The notes beneath the pieces were generated by a model. That model searched no databases and was not told the DNA's origin. It worked only from the letters and a program-made list of their open reading frames with translations. Positions 60,095 to 64,000 of a stretch of 64,000 nucleotides of DNA are shown piece after piece. This DNA comes from a virus (taxonomy: Duplodnaviria > Caudoviricetes), in the IMG/VR virus record IMGVR_UViG_3300042268_000564, one strand, 5' to 3'. A program made the translations under genes and the position numbers. Positions within the stretch are counted from its first letter, which is position 1, and each line of letters begins with the position of its first letter.

Positions 60095-63012
60095 TGGTGA
60101 AAGATATAAAAGGTAATAAAGAGCTTGGCGATGGTGCCAAAATAAACTTTTTGGGCAAAGATTTTTCTTTGGCTGAATTAAGGCAGCTTGGTATTGATGA
60201 CCCTGATGCCATTGCCATGCGTGGAAAAATTCTTGAGAACAATCAGAAAGCAATGAAAGCGTCGGGCAAAATGTTGCCAATGGTGCTTGTGCCACATCAT
60301 CAGATTAGAATTTGGCGAACAGACAGAATCCGAGACATAAATACCGGGATATTGGAGGATATAAAAGTCTTTCCAGTGCAGCCTAATAACGGTTCTCGTG
60401 ATATTCTTGGTGTGAAATTTGATTATAGCTTCGAGCAGGGCTATACGAGCTTTACGTTGACTTTTAATAATGCGAGAGGGAAAAATAAGAGCAGATTTGC
60501 GTCTGGTGATTTGGTTGAGGTTTATTTCCGACTTGTCACAGAGGACGAATTGCGCAGTCTTGAAACATCAGGCTCTTTATATCAGAAAAATAAAGAATCC
60601 ATTAAAGGAATGCCTTTATGTTTTACAGGTGTTTTGGATAAATACACGGCAAGGCAATCGCCAGATGGATTGACAATAGAATGGGCAGGACGTAGCGGTG
60701 GCTATATCCTTGCAGAGCGTAATGTTAGTATGACTTTCCCTAAAGATAGTAAAGATAATAAGAATGGGCTTATGTCTTACGAAGAGATTCTGTGGGAAAT
60801 AATTACCAAAAAAACTGGTTTGGTAATGGGTGAAATTGACCTTGGCATGACAAAGGGTCGAACAGCAGAGGGAAAAGAGTTAACTTTCGAGAATGGGATG
60901 GACTTGTTAAGTCCTGATGTAGAACAGGAAAACACAAAGACGTTTGGCGAAGACTTCCTTAAAGAGGTAGAGGCAATACTTCTTAAACATCCATATTGTT
61001 GCTTTGAAGAACAATCATCTAAAAAAGCGGAATTCAATTCAAAGCAGGACACGGGACAGAAGAAACAGCCAAGATGGTCTTGTTTGTTGGAATATGATTT
61101 GTTACATCCTGAGTTTTTTTCAAAGGCTGAGGTAGAAAGTGGCGATGAGTCTATTATTGGTGATTATAAAATTCCTCTTGGCGGCTCGAAAACCGAGAAT
61201 GCTGCTAAGGGGATTAATGGTGCTGAAGCGACGAAAGATTCTGGCAGTATAAATGAGAAAATTCGTTTTAAAACGGAATGGGCAAGGGATTTATATAAAT
61301 TACAGCATGACAGAGTTACAAAAAACCGCAATATCATTGCAAACTCAGCAGAAATACGTGCACAATATGATTTGAAAAATTCTGCCTTTCAGTGGGTAGA
61401 GATTGGTTCTGATTGGATATATGAAAACCAGAACGCAACCTTTGAAAGGTTATTTAAAGAAACGTATGGTCGTGCTACAAAGAATGAGACAGAGTTCGAT
61501 GCTTGGGTGGCGGAGATTGAGAAAATCAATAAAATGCCAACCCAAGGTTTTTGGGCTTGGCTTTTTGGTGGTGGCGAAGAAAAAACGGAGCAGCAAAAAG
61601 CAACAAGAGATAAATGTGCTCAAGAGCGTAATTGGTATGTAAGATGGAGACCCGGTCAACCTTTTAAAGTCGGTGATTATGTTGTCACACCTCGACCGAA
61701 CAAAGAAGAGAACACGAGAAAGAAATATTATGTCAAAGATGGCGTTTTAAATGCTCCAGAACAGGGGAAAGACCCCGAAAAGGTGATGGACATTTACACG
61801 GTTTATTCTTATTCGGCGAGTGATAATCCGAACTACAAGGTTCAGATTGATTATGCAGGTGATGACAATTTTGTCAGAGTGAATGTTTATACGACAGATT
61901 CCCTTAAGGGAAGGGTATTTCAATCTGTCCCTAACAGGGTCGATGCAATAGCACAAGCGATAGAGAACCTTGCGCCATTAGAGGTAGTTATTGCTGAGGC
62001 TGGCACAAAGGATTTGGGACAAAAGGTAAAAGAGGAAACGTATGTCTTAGATGCGCAATCTGATGATACTGCCGTTTGGACAAAAGCTGAATTAACAAAG
62101 GCAACATGTGAAACTAATGGACAAATAGTTCAAGAGATTAACAAGATTCTCAAAAAGTTTTTTTCCTGTGTCTTTTTTGTTGATGAATACGGTATCGGAC
62201 ATATTAGACCTCGTTATAAGAATGTTCAAAAAAAGGAAGAGGGCACAAAGACTACGCCGCCAGTTTGGGGGCTTTATGCAGGGCAGCCGATTTATCCAAG
62301 GTTATTTGAGACCGAGATTTCAGACAATCTTAAATCTACGCCATCATCTGTGATAGTGCATGGACAAGTTAATGCCGATGGTGCGGGAGTATTTGCGAAG
62401 GTTGACCATGCTATTTTAATGGGATTATTTGGGGAGCAACAAAGATTTGAAGAAGTGAATCAATCTGTTAATAGTAGAATTGAAGCGAAGAATATAGCAA
62501 AGAATAAACTGTTGGACATGGCAAGAAATGCTCTTACCTTTGCCTGTCAGTGTGATTTGATACCTGAGTTGCGACCGGGGCATAGAGTAGATATTGTTGA
62601 TGCTGCAACGGGGGTTGTGGGTAGGTTTTTGGCAGAAAGTATCCAGTGGGAATATTCAAAAGATACGGGAACAAAAATGTCCGTTGGGCTTTCGTTTTGT
62701 GAATTTGCATCAGAAGATGCTTTTACTTCGTCTGCGATTGTTTCTAGTAAGAAACTTAGCGAAAACTATGGAAAACAGCTTTCTGAGAATATTAACGCAA
62801 GAAAAAGTTTGTTCGGTTTTCCTTTGCTTAGAGAGAGTAGTTTGGAAACAGGAAAAGACGAAGAATCGCTTAAAAATATTAATGCAGAATTTGCCGACAA
62901 AGTGCTGCCTCAATTTAATTTGGGGAAAGACGGCGGGGTTATTCAGTTCATTCCAAGAGAGGGTTTTGAGACACCCACGAACAAGGATGGAACTGGTGGG
63001 GTTAAGAAATAG
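60094..63012 (+). CDS. Baseplate hub protein (gpD/gp44-like) with large insertions
   Basis: 'FTLTFNN..G', 'FTGVLD', 'FFVDEYG..HIRP', 'PELRPG..V.I...G.F...I' motifs. Confidence 0.75.
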   Translation: MVKDIKGNKELGDGAKINFLGKDFSLAELRQLGIDDPDAIAMRGKILENNQKAMKASGKMLPMVLVPHHQIRIWRTDRIRDINTGILEDIKVFPVQPNNGSRDILGVKFDYSFEQGYTSFTLTFNNARGKNKSRFASGDLVEVYFRLVTEDELRSLETSGSLYQKNKESIKGMPLCFTGVLDKYTARQSPDGLTIEWAGRSGGYILAERNVSMTFPKDSKDNKNGLMSYEEILWEIITKKTGLVMGEIDLGMTKGRTAEGKELTFENGMDLLSPDVEQENTKTFGEDFLKEVEAILLKHPYCCFEEQSSKKAEFNSKQDTGQKKQPRWSCLLEYDLLHPEFFSKAEVESGDESIIGDYKIPLGGSKTENAAKGINGAEATKDSGSINEKIRFKTEWARDLYKLQHDRVTKNRNIIANSAEIRAQYDLKNSAFQWVEIGSDWIYENQNATFERLFKETYGRATKNETEFDAWVAEIEKINKMPTQGFWAWLFGGGEEKTEQQKATRDKCAQERNWYVRWRPGQPFKVGDYVVTPRPNKEENTRKKYYVKDGVLNAPEQGKDPEKVMDIYTVYSYSASDNPNYKVQIDYAGDDNFVRVNVYTTDSLKGRVFQSVPNRVDAIAQAIENLAPLEVVIAEAGTKDLGQKVKEETYVLDAQSDDTAVWTKAELTKATCETNGQIVQEINKILKKFFSCVFFVDEYGIGHIRPRYKNVQKKEEGTKTTPPVWGLYAGQPIYPRLFETEISDNLKSTPSSVIVHGQVNADGAGVFAKVDHAILMGLFGEQQRFEEVNQSVNSRIEAKNIAKNKLLDMARNALTFACQCDLIPELRPGHRVDIVDAATGVVGRFLAESIQWEYSKDTGTKMSVGLSFCEFASEDAFTSSAIVSSKKLSENYGKQLSENINARKSLFGFPLLRESSLETGKDEESLKNINAEFADKVLPQFNLGKDGGVIQFIPREGFETPTNKDGTGGVKK

Positions 63013-63029
63013 ATAAGGGGTAGATACAA

Positions 63030-64000
63030 ATGGATGGCTCTATAGTAGGCTATTTAGATGCCATGATGACCTCTAAGGTCAATGAGTTGGCAAATAATGA
63101 GACTCAACAAGTGCTGGGTAATAACCAGCAATTTTATACCATAAATACTCGCCGTCGAGGGCATGATGCGGTAGAGATGACTATGTTGCAGGTGAACTTG
63201 TTAACACCTTATGCTGGCGACGGCTATGGCATGGTTTGCGCACCTCGGACAGGGCAGAATATGCTTGTTGCACCTGTAAGAGGGAAAGAGTCTGCTGCCG
63301 TAGCATTAGGACGCATTTACACCACAAATGAAAATATCCCTGCGCATAATGTAGGTGATTTTTTAATCCATCATGAAACCCATTCAGAGTTATTGTTCGC
63401 TTTTACTCAGCCAATTGTAGAATTTGACGGCACGTTAAGAGGTATGGTTCTTGAGCTTGCAGACAAAGAAGATGGTGCCAAAGCTGACAGTAGAACATTT
63501 ACTGTTTCGACTGACGATAAGACGATATCTTTGCAAGAGGGTGACACTGTTTCAGTAATCTTGCTTAATGAGATGCAGAATGACTCCCCTGAACAAAGAG
63601 CAGGCGACGTCGCAGACCCCCGTTTGACATGGGCTACAAAGGTTGTAAAAGGTGCCGACCAGTCATTAACGGTTACGGTAACGAGCCAGCAATTGAGTAA
63701 CGGTCTTGATATTGCCGACTATTCTGAGCCGGATATTAAGCAGTTTAAAGCTTTTAAGATTTTGCCAGACAAGGGGCTGGTCCAGCTCAAGCATTACACG
63801 GGTTCAGGGTTGCATATGGACGAATACCCTGATTATGTATTTTTTGATAATTCGGATGACGACGCTACAGAAGAGAATATTGTGGTTGTAAGGCATAATG
63901 TTAATGCTGTAATCGGCGATGTAATAAGAACCGAAAAAGATGGGGAAAAAGTGCAGGTGTCCAAGCATAGGGCTAAGGGCATGATGTCGCTTTTGAATTA
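63030..64000 (+). CDS. Baseplate central spike (gpV/gp5 OB-fold), 3'-truncated; absent from the ORF track because it has no stop in the window
   Basis: AAGGGG SD, ATG 63030; translates MDGSIVGYL...LTPYAGDGYGMVCAPRTGQNMLVA...GRIY and stays open to the window end. Confidence 0.75.
   Translation, partial: MDGSIVGYLDAMMTSKVNELANNETQQVLGNNQQFYTINTRRRGHDAVEMTMLQVNLLTPYAGDGYGMVCAPRTGQNMLVAPVRGKESAAVALGRIYTTNENIPAHNVGDFLIHHETHSELLFAFTQPIVEFDGTLRGMVLELADKEDGAKADSRTFTVSTDDKTISLQEGDTVSVILLNEMQNDSPEQRAGDVADPRLTWATKVVKGADQSLTVTVTSQQLSNGLDIADYSEPDIKQFKAFKILPDKGLVQLKHYTGSGLHMDEYPDYVFFDNSDDDATEENIVVVRHNVNAVIGDVIRTEKDGEKVQVSKHRAKGMMSLLN

Larger units (their letters stand above)
1..64000 (+). other. Large myovirus-like phage virion morphogenesis region
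   Basis: Terminase, portal, protease, capsid, sheath, tube, tape measure and baseplate genes, all co-oriented; no host housekeeping genes or integrase seen. Confidence 0.95.

Noticed and set aside
364-61956. Numerous minus-strand and short alternative-frame ORFs in the track
   Set aside because: They overlap long, motif-bearing plus-strand genes and have no recognisable motifs; shadow ORFs
1-64000. Stop-codon reassignment
   Set aside because: TAA, TGA and TAG all end genes at sensible boundaries (TAG at 13368, 14501, 22791, 63012), and coding density is high under code 11
44336-64000. eCIS or tailocin rather than phage
   Set aside because: Terminase, portal, protease and major capsid genes are present and intact
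1-64000. CRISPR arrays, tRNAs, rRNAs, IS elements
   Set aside because: No spaced direct repeats, cloverleaf motifs or transposase ORFs seen; intergenic space is minimal

Overview
The whole window is a gene-dense, plus-strand virion morphogenesis region of a large tailed phage with a contractile tail (myovirus-like; standard code 11; roughly 40% GC by eye; strong Shine-Dalgarno sites). Order: tail-fibre and baseplate-appendage paralog array with an embedded AAA+ ATPase (1-15.4 kb); permuted papain-like protease; probable TerS; an ~11.8 kb insert between TerS and TerL; intein-containing TerL; portal fused to a MuF-like domain; protease/scaffold; decoration protein; HK97-fold major capsid; neck genes; two tail sheaths; tube; -1 frameshifted tail chaperone; 2039-aa tape measure; baseplate genes, truncated at the window end. 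The insert holds three tandem Cys-rich DUF4417-like paralogs, a tubulin/FtsZ-family GTPase, two proteins sharing a His-rich module with the prohead protease, and an intein-containing class II RNR. This cassette is the best candidate for an undescribed system. Other notable items: a ~250 nt run of back-to-back hairpins upstream of the tail chaperone, apparent avoidance of GATC and CCWGG, repeated in-frame internal start sites, and eCIS-like tail features. All family assignments come from motif recognition by eye; no database searches were run.
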